A stretch of 64,000 bases of DNA from Clostridiaceae bacterium. Lineage in GTDB: Bacteria; Bacillota; Clostridia; Acetivibrionales; DUMC01. The notes below the pieces were generated by a model that was given only the letters and a program-made list of their open reading frames with translations, made no database searches and was not told the origin of the DNA. The position numbers were made by a program, and so were the translations under genes. The stretch is from assembly GCA_012840075.1 (NCBI GenBank), contig DUMC01000178.1, forward strand, positions 95,326-159,325. The letters run 5' to 3'. Positions within the stretch are counted from its first letter, which is position 1. The number at the start of each line of letters is the position of its first letter. Of this stretch, positions 1 through 9,896 are shown one piece after another.

Positions 1-932
1 ATAAAAAGCTAAAGGATGAAGCGAATAAACACCTTGAAAACCTTTACAAAAACAAAATAGGAATTGTGACAATTAAAGATGAACTATATCCATATTACTT
101 AAAGAATATATACGATCCCCCTATAGTGCTTTATTATAAAGGTAAGCTAATGAAAAACGAAAACGCCATAGCTTTTGTGGGTGCAAGAAAAGCAACATCC
201 TACGGAATGCAAGTAGCAGAGAATTTGTCTTATGAAGCCGCAATGCGAGGTTTTACTGTCGTGAGCGGGATGGCCAGAGGTATTGATACATATGCCCATA
301 AAGGTGCTTTGAAAGCCCAGGGAAGAACCATAGCCGTTTTAGGATGTGGTTTGGATATTATCTATCCAAAAGAAAACATGGAACTTATGGAGAATATAAT
401 AAATAACGGAGCGGTCATCTCCGAATATCTGCCTGGAACAGCGCCCATTAAACTAAACTTTCCGGCAAGGAATAGGATAATAAGTGGTATATCTTTGGGT
501 ATAGTTGTAGTAGAAGCAGCAGCAGGAAGCGGTTCGCTAATTACTGCAACTCATGCTTTAGAACAAGGCCGTGAAGTTTTTGCTGTACCTGGTAATATTG
601 ACCGTGTTAATAGTGAAGGGACAAATATGCTTATAAAAGAGGGAGCAAAACTGGTAATGGGAATAAACGATATTTTGGAAGAACTGAGCATATATAATTC
701 GGAAACAAAAACAATCAAAGCTTCACATTTCGAAGATCAGAGCAGATTTAAGGGACTTGATAATGAAGAAAGAAAAATAGTTGAATGTTTAGCACGGGAA
801 CCTATGTACATCGAGAATTTAGCTCAAACTTTGGGTTTTAGCATAAAATATATAAACCCAATACTTACAATGCTTGAATTAAAAGGTGTCATCGAGCAAA
901 TACCGGGGAAAATATACAGAATAAAAAAATAA
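1..932 (+). CDS. dprA: DNA-processing protein DprA/Smf, 5' end outside window
   Basis: Frame of ORF 66..932 stays open back to base 3 (KLKDEANKHLENLYKNKIGIVTIKDELYP). DprA core motifs GARKATSYG, SGMARGIDT, FAVPGNID. Lies upstream of topA as in many Firmicutes. Confidence 0.9.
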   Translation, partial: KKLKDEANKHLENLYKNKIGIVTIKDELYPYYLKNIYDPPIVLYYKGKLMKNENAIAFVGARKATSYGMQVAENLSYEAAMRGFTVVSGMARGIDTYAHKGALKAQGRTIAVLGCGLDIIYPKENMELMENIINNGAVISEYLPGTAPIKLNFPARNRIISGISLGIVVVEAAAGSGSLITATHALEQGREVFAVPGNIDRVNSEGTNMLIKEGAKLVMGINDILEELSIYNSETKTIKASHFEDQSRFKGLDNEERKIVECLAREPMYIENLAQTLGFSIKYINPILTMLELKGVIEQIPGKIYRIKK

Positions 933-1189
933 GTTCCGATAAGGTTGCTGAAGTGAATTATTAGTCGTAAAATCGTTTTTTCTCAACTTATATTTGATTC
1001 ATATTTGACTAAATATAGGGAATATGTTTATAATAAATGCTATCAAGGCAATAAAATTTTAGGATTTTATTTTTTTCTTGCCTCTGTTTAATGATTTCAT
1101 AAGCAATCCCATTAGCGGATTGCGATTATGTTATTTAGAGTGTTTTATAAAAGATTAATAAGAAAAACATTTATGGGTGGAGGAGGAAA

Positions 1190-3307
1190 ATGTCTTATAA
1201 TTTAGTTATTGTAGAGTCACCTGGAAAAGTGAAAAGCATTAGTAAGTTTTTGGGGAAAAATTACCATGTACAGGCATCAGGAGGACATGTAAGAGATTTA
1301 CCCAAAAGTGATATGGGTGTTGATATAGAAAACAATTTTGCGCCGAAATATATAACTATCAGGGGAAAAGGTGACCTGATTGCCAGATTGAAAAAAGAAG
1401 CAAAGGGTGCAGATAAGGTATATCTTGCAACAGACCCTGATAGGGAAGGAGAAGCTATATCATGGCATTTGGCCAATTTACTTGATATTGATGAAAATTC
1501 CAAATGCAGGATTACTTTTAATGAAATCACAAAAAATGCAGTTTTGAATGCTTTAAAAAATCCACGACCAATTGATTATAATCTCGTCAACGCCCAACAA
1601 GCCAGAAGAATACTTGATAGGATAGTAGGTTATAAGATAAGCCCTTTACTTTGGAAAAAGGTGAAAAAAGGGTTAAGCGCCGGAAGAGTCCAATCAGTAG
1701 CTGTAAGACTGATTTGTGATAGGGAAGAGGAAATTGAAAACTTTATTCCGGAAGAATATTGGACAATTGTTGCCAACTTGACTAAAAAAGACTTCAACGG
1801 CGTGATAAAGGCAAAGTTCTATGGTATTGGAAATAATAAGCTGGATTTAAAAAACAAGGAACAGGTTGATGAAATATTAACCAAAATTGAAAAGCATGAT
1901 TTCATAGTCAGCAAGGTTAAAAAAGGGGAAAGAAAAAAATCTCCTTCTCCTCCATTTATAACAAGTACTTTACAGCAAGAAGCTGCAAGAAAGCTTGGTT
2001 TTACAACTAAAAAAACAATGATGATTGCTCAGCAATTGTATGAAGGTGTTGATGTAAAAGGTCATGGATCTATAGGATTAATAACATACATGCGTACCGA
2101 TTCAACAAGAATTTCCGATGAAGCATTACAGGATGTAAGGAATTTCATTATAAATAAATACGGCAATGAATACATTCCTGAAAAAGCCCGTATTTTTAAA
2201 AATAAATCTTCAGCTCAGGATGCTCATGAAGCCATACGTCCAACAAATATATCGTTAACACCGGAAGATCCAAATCTAAAAGAATCCTTAAACAGAGATC
2301 AATTGAAGCTATACAAATTAATATGGGAAAGATTTGTAGCATGTCAGATGTCTGCTGCCACATTCGACACTTTAAATGTGGATATTTCAGCAGGGGAATA
2401 TATTTTTAAGGTTTCAGGTTCAAGAATAAAGTTTCCTGGTTATCATGTTGTATATAAAGAAACAAAAGATGAAACAGAAATGTTAAATAACAACGATAAT
2501 GAAGATTATGATGAAGAAGAAAATGCCAATTTGCCCGAGCTTTCGGAAGGAGAAAAATTGAAACTAAAAAATATAGACAGCAAGCAAAATTTCACTCAAC
2601 CACCGCCAAGATATACCGAAGCTTCTCTGGTTAAAGCTCTTGAAGAGAAAGGAATAGGACGTCCAAGTACTTATGCACCTATAATCAGTACAATTATCAC
2701 AAGAAATTACGTTGTAAGAGAATCCAAGTTGCTGTATCCAACAGAACTTGGGAAAATAGTTACCGATATTTTGAAAAACCATTTTCAGGATATAGTGGAT
2801 GTATCTTTTACAGCAAAAGTTGAAGCAGAACTGGACAAGATTGAAGAAGGTGATAAAGATTGGATTGAGGTACTTAATGATTTTTACAAAGGATTTGATA
2901 TTACTTTAAAAAAAGCAGAGCAATCGATAGGTAATATCGAGGTACCTGATGAAGTATCAGATGTTGTATGCGAAAAATGCGGTAGGAATATGGTAATTAA
3001 GAAAGGTCGTTATGGTAAGTTTTTAGCTTGTCCGGGTTTCCCGGAATGCAAAAACACCAAACCGTTGGTCGATGAAGCAGGTGTACTGTGTCCTAAATGC
3101 AAAGGAAAGGTTTTAATAAAGCAAAGCAAAAAAGGCAGGAAATACTATGGATGTGAAAATAACCCAAAATGTGACTTTATGTCCTGGGATAAACCAACCG
3201 GAGAGATTTGCCCGGAATGCGGAAGCTTTCTGGTTACAAAATACAGCAGCACGAAAAGAGAAAATATAGTAAAGTGCAGCAATGAAAAGTGCAATTATAC
3301 ACGATAA
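1190..3307 (+). CDS. topA: DNA topoisomerase I
   Basis: 705 aa. Toprim N-terminus (LVIVESPGKVKSI, DPDREGE), active-site Tyr context ITYMRTDSTRIS, three C-terminal Cys4 zinc ribbons. SD GGAGGAGG upstream. Confidence 0.97.
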   Translation: MSYNLVIVESPGKVKSISKFLGKNYHVQASGGHVRDLPKSDMGVDIENNFAPKYITIRGKGDLIARLKKEAKGADKVYLATDPDREGEAISWHLANLLDIDENSKCRITFNEITKNAVLNALKNPRPIDYNLVNAQQARRILDRIVGYKISPLLWKKVKKGLSAGRVQSVAVRLICDREEEIENFIPEEYWTIVANLTKKDFNGVIKAKFYGIGNNKLDLKNKEQVDEILTKIEKHDFIVSKVKKGERKKSPSPPFITSTLQQEAARKLGFTTKKTMMIAQQLYEGVDVKGHGSIGLITYMRTDSTRISDEALQDVRNFIINKYGNEYIPEKARIFKNKSSAQDAHEAIRPTNISLTPEDPNLKESLNRDQLKLYKLIWERFVACQMSAATFDTLNVDISAGEYIFKVSGSRIKFPGYHVVYKETKDETEMLNNNDNEDYDEEENANLPELSEGEKLKLKNIDSKQNFTQPPPRYTEASLVKALEEKGIGRPSTYAPIISTIITRNYVVRESKLLYPTELGKIVTDILKNHFQDIVDVSFTAKVEAELDKIEEGDKDWIEVLNDFYKGFDITLKKAEQSIGNIEVPDEVSDVVCEKCGRNMVIKKGRYGKFLACPGFPECKNTKPLVDEAGVLCPKCKGKVLIKQSKKGRKYYGCENNPKCDFMSWDKPTGEICPECGSFLVTKYSSTKRENIVKCSNEKCNYTR

Positions 3308-3378
3308 GTAGTGTACCTATATGAAGAAGCGTATCTATACGCCACAAAATCTTTCAGTGGTATATACTTTAGATAAAG

Positions 3379-3423
3379 GGATGATCTCCTACTTTTTCCA
3401 AAAGGCAGGATCATCCTTTTTTT
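3379..3423 (+). terminator. Rho-independent terminator after topA
   Basis: 8-bp stem GGATGATC (3379-3386) / GATCATCC (3409-3416), 22-nt loop, followed by T7 run 3417-3423. Confidence 0.6.
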
Positions 3424-3471
3424 ATCATTCTTTTAATATAGGTATATTTATTAAATGCATCGAAATGTCAG

Positions 3472-3515
3472 CTTTTGAAAACATTTTCATCAATTAACTT
3501 TTGAAAACATTTCAT
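3472..3515. repeat. Direct repeat CTTTTGAAAACATTT(T)CAT x2 in the topA-flgB spacer
   Basis: Copies at 3472-3490 and 3498-3515, period 26 nt, one T indel. A third partial AAAACAT lies at about 3526. Confidence 0.8.
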
Positions 3516-3768
3516 TAAATAAATTAAAAACATCCTTTCAATGTCTTCAATTAGTTTACTTTCCCTTTTTCAATAAGCCTTAAAAATTAAAGAGATATCC
3601 TTTATTTTTCTTTTTTTCGACTTTTTTAAAGAAACTTTTCAATTATATTTCATCAAAGTATTGTATTTTTCGTCATTTTATGTTAAACTATTCAAAGAAT
3701 ATGAATAATTTTACAGAAATGGCATATAGAAACAGTTAGTTGCTTTCAATGTGTGAGGAGGTGTATAG

Positions 3769-4188
3769 ATGATAAACAAACTTTTCGGGAATCTGAGCAT
3801 AACCGAAAAAGCTCTTGATGCTTCCTGGATAAGAAACGAGGTTATAGCTGATAACATAAGCAATGTTGACACTCCGGGTTATAAAAGAAAAGAAGTTAAG
3901 TTTGAGGAATTTCTTCAAAAAAGCATTTCAGAGACAGGAATAAAAGGCTTAAAAACGGACCCAAGACATTTTGATATAGGCAAAACCGGCTATAAAAATA
4001 TAAGAGACCTACCTATAAAGGTAGCAGTAGATAATTCTAACAACAGTATGCGCCTTGACGGAAATAATGTAGATATCGAAAACGAAATGGCAACGATGGC
4101 AAAAAATTACATAAAGTACAACGTGCTTATCCAAAATATAAATTCAGGATTCAAAATGCTAAAGTCTGTTATTAATGAAGGGAGATAA
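3769..4188 (+). CDS. flgB: flagellar basal-body rod protein FlgB
   Basis: 139 aa. Rod-protein N-terminal motif ADNISNVDTPGYKRK. SD GAGGAGG upstream. First gene of the fla/che cluster. Confidence 0.93.
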   Translation: MINKLFGNLSITEKALDASWIRNEVIADNISNVDTPGYKRKEVKFEEFLQKSISETGIKGLKTDPRHFDIGKTGYKNIRDLPIKVAVDNSNNSMRLDGNNVDIENEMATMAKNYIKYNVLIQNINSGFKMLKSVINEGR

Positions 4189-4194
4189 GGATTT

Positions 4195-4641
4195 ATGAGT
4201 TTTCTCAAGTCATTGGATGCCGCTGCATCAGGTTTATCCGCACAGAGATTAAGAATGGACGTCATATCGCAAAATATCGCAAATATTAATACCACGAGGA
4301 CTGAGAATGGCCAACCATACCGCAGAAAAATTGTACTTTTTGAGGACAGGAATCAAAACAAACCATTCTATAAGTATCTTTCTGAGAACGCAAAAAGTAA
4401 ACTTGGTGATGCAAAAGGTGTTCGGGTTTCGAGAATAGTTGAAGATCCTTCACCGTTCAAAAGAGTATATGAACCTGGCCATCCTGATGCTGATGAAAAC
4501 GGTTATGTTAATATGCCCAACGTGGATTTAGTTACTGAAATGATAAATATGATATCAGCCTCCAGAGCATATGAAACAAATGTTACTTCAATCAATACTA
4601 TTAAGAGTATGGCACTTAAGGCACTGGAAATCGGAAAATAG
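4195..4641 (+). CDS. flgC: flagellar basal-body rod protein FlgC
   Basis: 148 aa. SGLSAQRLRMDVISQNIAN N-terminus and SASRAYE C-terminal motif. Confidence 0.95.
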   Translation: MSFLKSLDAAASGLSAQRLRMDVISQNIANINTTRTENGQPYRRKIVLFEDRNQNKPFYKYLSENAKSKLGDAKGVRVSRIVEDPSPFKRVYEPGHPDADENGYVNMPNVDLVTEMINMISASRAYETNVTSINTIKSMALKALEIGK

Positions 4642-4676
4642 GTCTTGTGTTAAAGTTTTTGCGAGGGGGTATATAA

Positions 4677-5000
4677 ATGATCACAAGTGTATTTAACAAT
4701 AGTACAATATTTACTCCGACTATATGGAATAATCAGGTTAAAACGTCGGTAAATTCTTCAGACACAAATAAAATTGGTGGCAAAAGCTTCGGTGATTATC
4801 TTAAAGAGTTAATTAACAATACCAATGAAGAAATTCTTAAAGCTGAAGATATTTCAAACCAATTTGCTGCAGGAATGATCGATGATATCCATACAGTACT
4901 TATACAAATTGAAAAAGCTCAAGTAGCTCTCCAATTTACATTGCAGATTAGAAATAAGATCATGGATGCTTATAATGAAATAATGAGAATGCAAGTATAA
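4677..5000 (+). CDS. fliE: flagellar hook-basal body complex protein FliE
   Basis: 107 aa. C-terminal IRNKIMDAYNEIMRMQV typical of FliE. Position between flgC and fliF. Confidence 0.9.
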   Translation: MITSVFNNSTIFTPTIWNNQVKTSVNSSDTNKIGGKSFGDYLKELINNTNEEILKAEDISNQFAAGMIDDIHTVLIQIEKAQVALQFTLQIRNKIMDAYNEIMRMQV

Positions 5001-5037
5001 TACTACTCGAGCTAATTGAGGCGGTGTGGTTTGGAAA

Positions 5038-6624
5038 ATGCCTGAAATATTAAAAAATATAGTAAATCAAATTAAGGAATTTTGGTCAAAACTGGATAAG
5101 TCGCAAAAAAAGCGAATATACATAACATCTTCTATTGTAGCTGTTACCGTAATAATAACTCTAATTGCGTTAACAAGGCCTACTTACACAACTGTAGTCA
5201 GTAACGCAACTCAGAAAGAAATTGCTGAAATGAGTACCGTATTAGCTGAGAAAGGAATATGGCACGAAATAGGTAAAGACGGTACCAGTATTATTGTAAA
5301 TGCTAAAGACAACAGTAAAGCTCAGATAGCTTTAGCTGAAAAAGGCTATCCGAAAGGCGGGCTCACATTTGAAGATGCGATTAATATGATAAGCATCACC
5401 ACGACTGAAAGCGACAGAAAACAAATATGGAAACAGCAACAAGCTAATGAGATAGCAAAAAAACTTTGTGCCCATGACAACATAGAATATGCAGAGGTTA
5501 GCTTGGCAATACCTAATGAATCCGTATTTTTGACATCAAACAGAACTGAAAGCAGACCAACAGCTTATGTAATGGTGAAACCAAAAACGCAATTAACGGA
5601 AGAACAAGTTCAGGGCATTGTAATGCTGGTTTCCAAGAGTGTTGAAAAACTAGATCCCAAAGATGTAGTTGTGGTTGATAATAACTTGAACATATTGAAC
5701 AGGACTGTACCCGATAGTGACATAGCAACTTTAACTACCCAGGAAGAGTTGTTGATGAAAAAAGCCAGAGAGTTAGAAGATAAGGTATATGCTTATTTCA
5801 GCGTAGGTCAATTTGATAATTTTGATACTTTGAGAGTTGTTGCAAATCCGGTATTGGATTTTGATAAAATGAAAACTCAATCTAAAATTATTACCCCTCC
5901 ACAAGGCATGGAAAGCGGAGCACTTATAAGCAGCCAAGAGAAGTCTGAAAGGGCTGAAAATTATGCAGAAGACGGAGCTCCGGGTATTGATACTAATCCA
6001 GGTGAAGCCGGTGCACCTACATACCAATTGGGTAACAATAACAATTCATCTTATAGGTCAGAAGAAATTATTCAAAATTTCGGGTATGACGAAACATTAA
6101 AAGAAGAAGAAAAAGCCATAGGTTATCTTGTATCGGAAAAGTCAACGATGGCCATATCTCTTTGGTATGGGAAAAGAGTAACTGATGAAAGTGGGCTTAC
6201 CGATGATTTTCTGGAACAAATAAGAATTGCTGCCAGCAAAGCTACGGGTATTCCGGTTGAGAATATATCAGTAAATAAATACAAATTAGCTCCTCCGGAA
6301 ACTATAGAAACAAGCCCAGCTGATGTTATTGAAGAAATTGTGAAAGAATATGGATTATTTATAATCCTCACTCTTTTAACAATTGGTATGATCTTATCCG
6401 TATTATTACCAGCAAGACAGAAGGCTGAACCTGAGGAAGTCCTAGCAGAACCATTGGCAGAGGTAAGCGCAACGGAAGAAATTCCGAAGGAAGAAGAGCT
6501 TATTAGCTTGAGCTTAGAAGATAAATCCGAAATGCATAAACAAATCGATAGATTTGCAAGAGAAAAGCCAGAAATTGTTGCACAATTAATTAAAAGCTGG
6601 CTTGCTGATAAATCTAATTACTAA
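5038..6624 (+). CDS. fliF: flagellar MS-ring protein FliF
   Basis: The ORF opens at GTG 5026 but ATG 5038 (MPEILKN...) is more likely. N-terminal and C-terminal TM segments. Synteny fliE-fliF-fliG. Confidence 0.93.
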   Translation: MPEILKNIVNQIKEFWSKLDKSQKKRIYITSSIVAVTVIITLIALTRPTYTTVVSNATQKEIAEMSTVLAEKGIWHEIGKDGTSIIVNAKDNSKAQIALAEKGYPKGGLTFEDAINMISITTTESDRKQIWKQQQANEIAKKLCAHDNIEYAEVSLAIPNESVFLTSNRTESRPTAYVMVKPKTQLTEEQVQGIVMLVSKSVEKLDPKDVVVVDNNLNILNRTVPDSDIATLTTQEELLMKKARELEDKVYAYFSVGQFDNFDTLRVVANPVLDFDKMKTQSKIITPPQGMESGALISSQEKSERAENYAEDGAPGIDTNPGEAGAPTYQLGNNNNSSYRSEEIIQNFGYDETLKEEEKAIGYLVSEKSTMAISLWYGKRVTDESGLTDDFLEQIRIAASKATGIPVENISVNKYKLAPPETIETSPADVIEEIVKEYGLFIILTLLTIGMILSVLLPARQKAEPEEVLAEPLAEVSATEEIPKEEELISLSLEDKSEMHKQIDRFAREKPEIVAQLIKSWLADKSNY

Positions 6625-6641
6625 AAAGGAATGAAGGAACA

Positions 6642-7658
6642 ATGGCAAAAAGATCAGACAAGGAACGTACCGGCAGCGAAAAAGCAGCCATGCTGTTAAT
6701 AGCTTTAGGTCCTGAAAGGGCTTCTGAAATTTTTAAACATTTAAGTGAAGAAGAAATTGAGCAGCTAACATTGGAGATTGCAAATATACGTTCAATATCT
6801 CCAGAAGAAAGGGAAGAAATCTTGAAAGAATTTTATCAAGATTGTCTTGCCCAAGAATTCATTTCAGAAGGAGGTATTGAATATGCAAAAAGATTATTGG
6901 AAAGTGCGTTAGGTCCTCAGAAAGCGCTGGAAATAATAAATAGGCTTACGGCTTCTTTGCAAGTCAGACCTTTTGATTTTGTGAGGAAAGCTGAACCTAC
7001 ACAATTGCTTAATTTTATACAGAAGGAACATCCGCAAACAATTGCATTAATACTCTCATATCTTAAACCACAGCAAGCCGCAGCAGTATTATCAGCCCTT
7101 CCGCAAGATAAGCAGGCGGATGTAGCTAAAAGGATTGCAGTTATGGACAGGACATCACCTGAAATCATAAAAGAAGTTGAACGCATCCTTGAAAAGAATT
7201 TATCAACTGTTGTACTTGAAGATTATACCTTAACCGGAGGTATTCAAGCTATTGTAGATATATTGAACAATGTGGACAGGGGAACTGAAAAATTCATCAT
7301 AGAATCATTGGAAGTAAGTGATGTAGAGCTTGCTGAAGAGATTAAGAAGCGCATGTTTGTCTTTGAGGATATAATAACTCTTGACAATAGATCAATACAA
7401 AGATTCTTAAAAGAAATCGACAATACTCAACTTGCCATTGCGCTCAAAGGTGCGGGTGAAGATGTAAGGAAAGTTATTTTTGCAAATATGTCAAAACGTA
7501 TGGCTGATATCATCCGTGAGGATATGGACTACATGGGACCTGTAAGATTAAGAGATGTTGAAGAAGCTCAGCAAAAGATTGTTAATGTAATAAGAAGACT
7601 TGAGGAAATGGGAGAAATTGTTATTTCAAGAGGAGGAGGAGATGAGTTAGTTGTTTAG
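6642..7658 (+). CDS. fliG: flagellar motor switch protein FliG
   Basis: 338 aa. Conserved C-terminal torque-helix region MSKRMADIIREDMDYMGPVRLRDVEEAQQKIV. Confidence 0.96.
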   Translation: MAKRSDKERTGSEKAAMLLIALGPERASEIFKHLSEEEIEQLTLEIANIRSISPEEREEILKEFYQDCLAQEFISEGGIEYAKRLLESALGPQKALEIINRLTASLQVRPFDFVRKAEPTQLLNFIQKEHPQTIALILSYLKPQQAAAVLSALPQDKQADVAKRIAVMDRTSPEIIKEVERILEKNLSTVVLEDYTLTGGIQAIVDILNNVDRGTEKFIIESLEVSDVELAEEIKKRMFVFEDIITLDNRSIQRFLKEIDNTQLAIALKGAGEDVRKVIFANMSKRMADIIREDMDYMGPVRLRDVEEAQQKIVNVIRRLEEMGEIVISRGGGDELVV

Positions 7659-8451
7659 TAAAGTGATTAAAAACTGCAATATTTCTATAGGAACTCCTTT
7701 TATAGTGAAGGAGAACTTTGACGTAGAAAAATCCGGAAGCAATTTAAAAGAAAATACAATAAATGATGATTATTCACATGAATCCGGATATGAAACAGCA
7801 AATGTATACGCAAAAAGTATAATTGATGAAGCTGAAAAGCAAGCAAAAATTATAATAACGGAAGCAGAAAGAAAAGCCGCTGATATTCTTGAAAAGGCAG
7901 AAAAAGAAAGAACGAATATAAAGAAAGCTTTTGAATTGTCCAAAAAAAACGGATATGAAGAAGGCTATAGTGAGGGTTATAAAATTGGCTATGATGAAGG
8001 GCTTAGAAATGTTAAAGATGAGTACGAGCAAGAACTCAACCAGATAAGAATAATAAGAGAAAATGCCTTAGTGGAATATAAGGAACTTCTTGAAGGAGCG
8101 GAGAAGGAAGTTATAGATCTGGTTATCGATATAGTAAAAAGAGTGATAAATAAAGAGTTAACAAATAGAGAAATATTGCTGGGTATTATTAAAGATGCTT
8201 TTGATAAATGCCTGGAAGAAAAAGAAGCGACTTTGTGTTTGTCTCCTGACGATTATGATTATTACTCCGAAAGAATCGGAGACCTAAAACAAGTTGCAGG
8301 AAAAGTTATAAACCTACATTTAAAGAAAGATTCTTCATTGAAACCAGGCGGATGTGTTATTGAGACATCCCATGGAAGTATAAATGCAAGTGTTGAAAAC
8401 AAGATAAAGAAAATAGAAGAAGCTTTTAAAGCTGCAGTCGGAGATACATAA
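7651..8451 (+). CDS. fliH: flagellar export apparatus protein FliH
   Basis: 266 aa. TTG start overlaps the fliG stop. Charged coiled-coil N-half (AEKQAKIIITEAERKAADILEKAEKE). Position upstream of fliI. Confidence 0.8.
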   Translation: MFSKVIKNCNISIGTPFIVKENFDVEKSGSNLKENTINDDYSHESGYETANVYAKSIIDEAEKQAKIIITEAERKAADILEKAEKERTNIKKAFELSKKNGYEEGYSEGYKIGYDEGLRNVKDEYEQELNQIRIIRENALVEYKELLEGAEKEVIDLVIDIVKRVINKELTNREILLGIIKDAFDKCLEEKEATLCLSPDDYDYYSERIGDLKQVAGKVINLHLKKDSSLKPGGCVIETSHGSINASVENKIKKIEEAFKAAVGDT

Positions 8452-8580
8452 ACGAGCTTTACCCTTGTGTCCTTGCTCGAAAACGGAATACTTATTTGAG
8501 ATAATTCAAACGAGGAGTATCCCTGTGCAATCCAAAATTAAAGAAGAGTATTCTCCCTTACTTTAAGGAGGATTTAGAAG

Positions 8581-9894
8581 TTGGCGGTTATCGATTTACA
8601 AAAGTACAGGACCTTATTAAATAAGATACCATTAATTGAGTATACAGGAAAAGTAACTAGGGTTGTTGGATTAGCAATTGAATCTGACGGACCTGAAGCA
8701 AATATCGGTGATATTTGTAAAATCCAATCCGTCAAGCAAGGTGAAGTAGTATATGCGGAAGTTGTTGGATTTAAAGATAATAAAGTTCTTTTAATGCCTT
8801 TTGGGAACATGAGAGGCATAGGTCCGGGAAGTACCGTAATCTCCGAAAGCAGAACTTTAAGTGTGAATGTCGGGGAAGGTTTAATTGGAAGAATACTTGA
8901 TGGTCTTGGCAGACCGATGGATGATAAAGGTCCCCTTGATTACGAAACTGAATATCCTGTAGAAAATACCCCTCCCAACCCTTTGTTAAGGAAAAGGATA
9001 AGTGAACCTATGCCATTGGGTATTAAAGCGATTGACGGTTTGCTTACGGTAGGTAAAGGTCAAAGGATAGGTATCTTTGCAGGAAGCGGCGTTGGAAAAA
9101 GTACACTTATAGGAATGATAGCAAGAAATACCAAAGCAGATGTAAACGTTATTGCTTTGATCGGAGAAAGGGGTAGGGAAGTTAGGGAATTTATAGAAAA
9201 AGACCTTGGAGAAGAAGGACTCAAAAGGTCGGTCGTTGTTGTTGCTACTTCTGATCAACCTGCACTTGTAAGGCTAAAAGGAGCGTTTGTTGCTACTTCA
9301 ATAGCAGAATATTTCAGAGACAAAGGAAAAGATGTATTGCTCATGATGGATTCCTTAACCAGGTTTGCAATGGCACAAAGGGAAATCGGCCTTTCAATAG
9401 GCGAACCGCCGGTTTCAAAAGGATATACAGCCTCAGTGTTCGGCATAATGCCAAAACTTTTGGAAAGGGCAGGAACTTCCGATAAAGGATCGATTACAGG
9501 TCTTTATTCCGTACTGGTAGAAGGAGATGATCTTACCGAGCCTGTAACTGATACAGCCAGAGGCATTTTAGATGGGCACATAGTTTTATCAAGAGAACTT
9601 GCAAATAGAAACCATTATCCTGCAATTGATGTATTAGCAAGTGTAAGCAGGGTTATGGGTGATGTGGTTACATTAGATCATATGAAACTGTCAAGGGAAA
9701 TAAAAAAAGTAATGGCGGTCTATAAAAGTGCGGAAGACCTAATAAATATAGGTGCATATGTTAAAGGAAGCAATCCTGATATTGATTTTGCCATAGATCA
9801 CAATAAAGCCATACTTGAATTTTTGCAACAGGAAATCACAGAAAATTTTGATTTTGATAAAATTATTGAAATGTTAAAAAAGGTGCTTGATTAA
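8581..9894 (+). CDS. fliI: flagellum-specific ATP synthase FliI
   Basis: 437 aa, TTG start after SD AAGGAGG. Walker A GSGVGKST, Walker B LLMMDSLTR. Confidence 0.96.
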   Translation: MAVIDLQKYRTLLNKIPLIEYTGKVTRVVGLAIESDGPEANIGDICKIQSVKQGEVVYAEVVGFKDNKVLLMPFGNMRGIGPGSTVISESRTLSVNVGEGLIGRILDGLGRPMDDKGPLDYETEYPVENTPPNPLLRKRISEPMPLGIKAIDGLLTVGKGQRIGIFAGSGVGKSTLIGMIARNTKADVNVIALIGERGREVREFIEKDLGEEGLKRSVVVVATSDQPALVRLKGAFVATSIAEYFRDKGKDVLLMMDSLTRFAMAQREIGLSIGEPPVSKGYTASVFGIMPKLLERAGTSDKGSITGLYSVLVEGDDLTEPVTDTARGILDGHIVLSRELANRNHYPAIDVLASVSRVMGDVVTLDHMKLSREIKKVMAVYKSAEDLINIGAYVKGSNPDIDFAIDHNKAILEFLQQEITENFDFDKIIEMLKKVLD

Positions 9895-9896
9895 TT

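Noticed and set aside
1103-1123. Small hairpin GCAATCC-N7-GGATTGC upstream of topA as a dprA terminator
   Set aside because: The stem is only 7 bp, there is no following U-tract, and it lies 170 nt after the dprA stop. The evidence is insufficient.
930-1189. Sigma-D (TAAA-N15-GCCGATAT) promoters here and elsewhere (CCGATA at about 936, 30612 and 61201)
   Set aside because: None of the CCGATA occurrences has a TAAA at the required spacing, and two lie inside coding sequence. No sigma-D promoter can be supported by eye.
3322-3498. 58-codon ORF (MKKRIYTPQNLSVVYTLDKG...) in the topA-flgB spacer
   Set aside because: It has no SD, it begins 14 nt after the topA stop, and it reads straight through the topA terminator hairpin. 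The sequence is hydrophobic and low-complexity, so it is probably non-coding.
3472-3515. Possible CodY boxes in the CTTTTGAAAACATTT repeats upstream of flgB
   Set aside because: The CodY consensus AATTTTCWGAAAATT requires the central C-W-G and dyad symmetry. These repeats have TTTTGAAAAC, which is not a dyad, and match too few positions. I kept them only as unexplained direct repeats.
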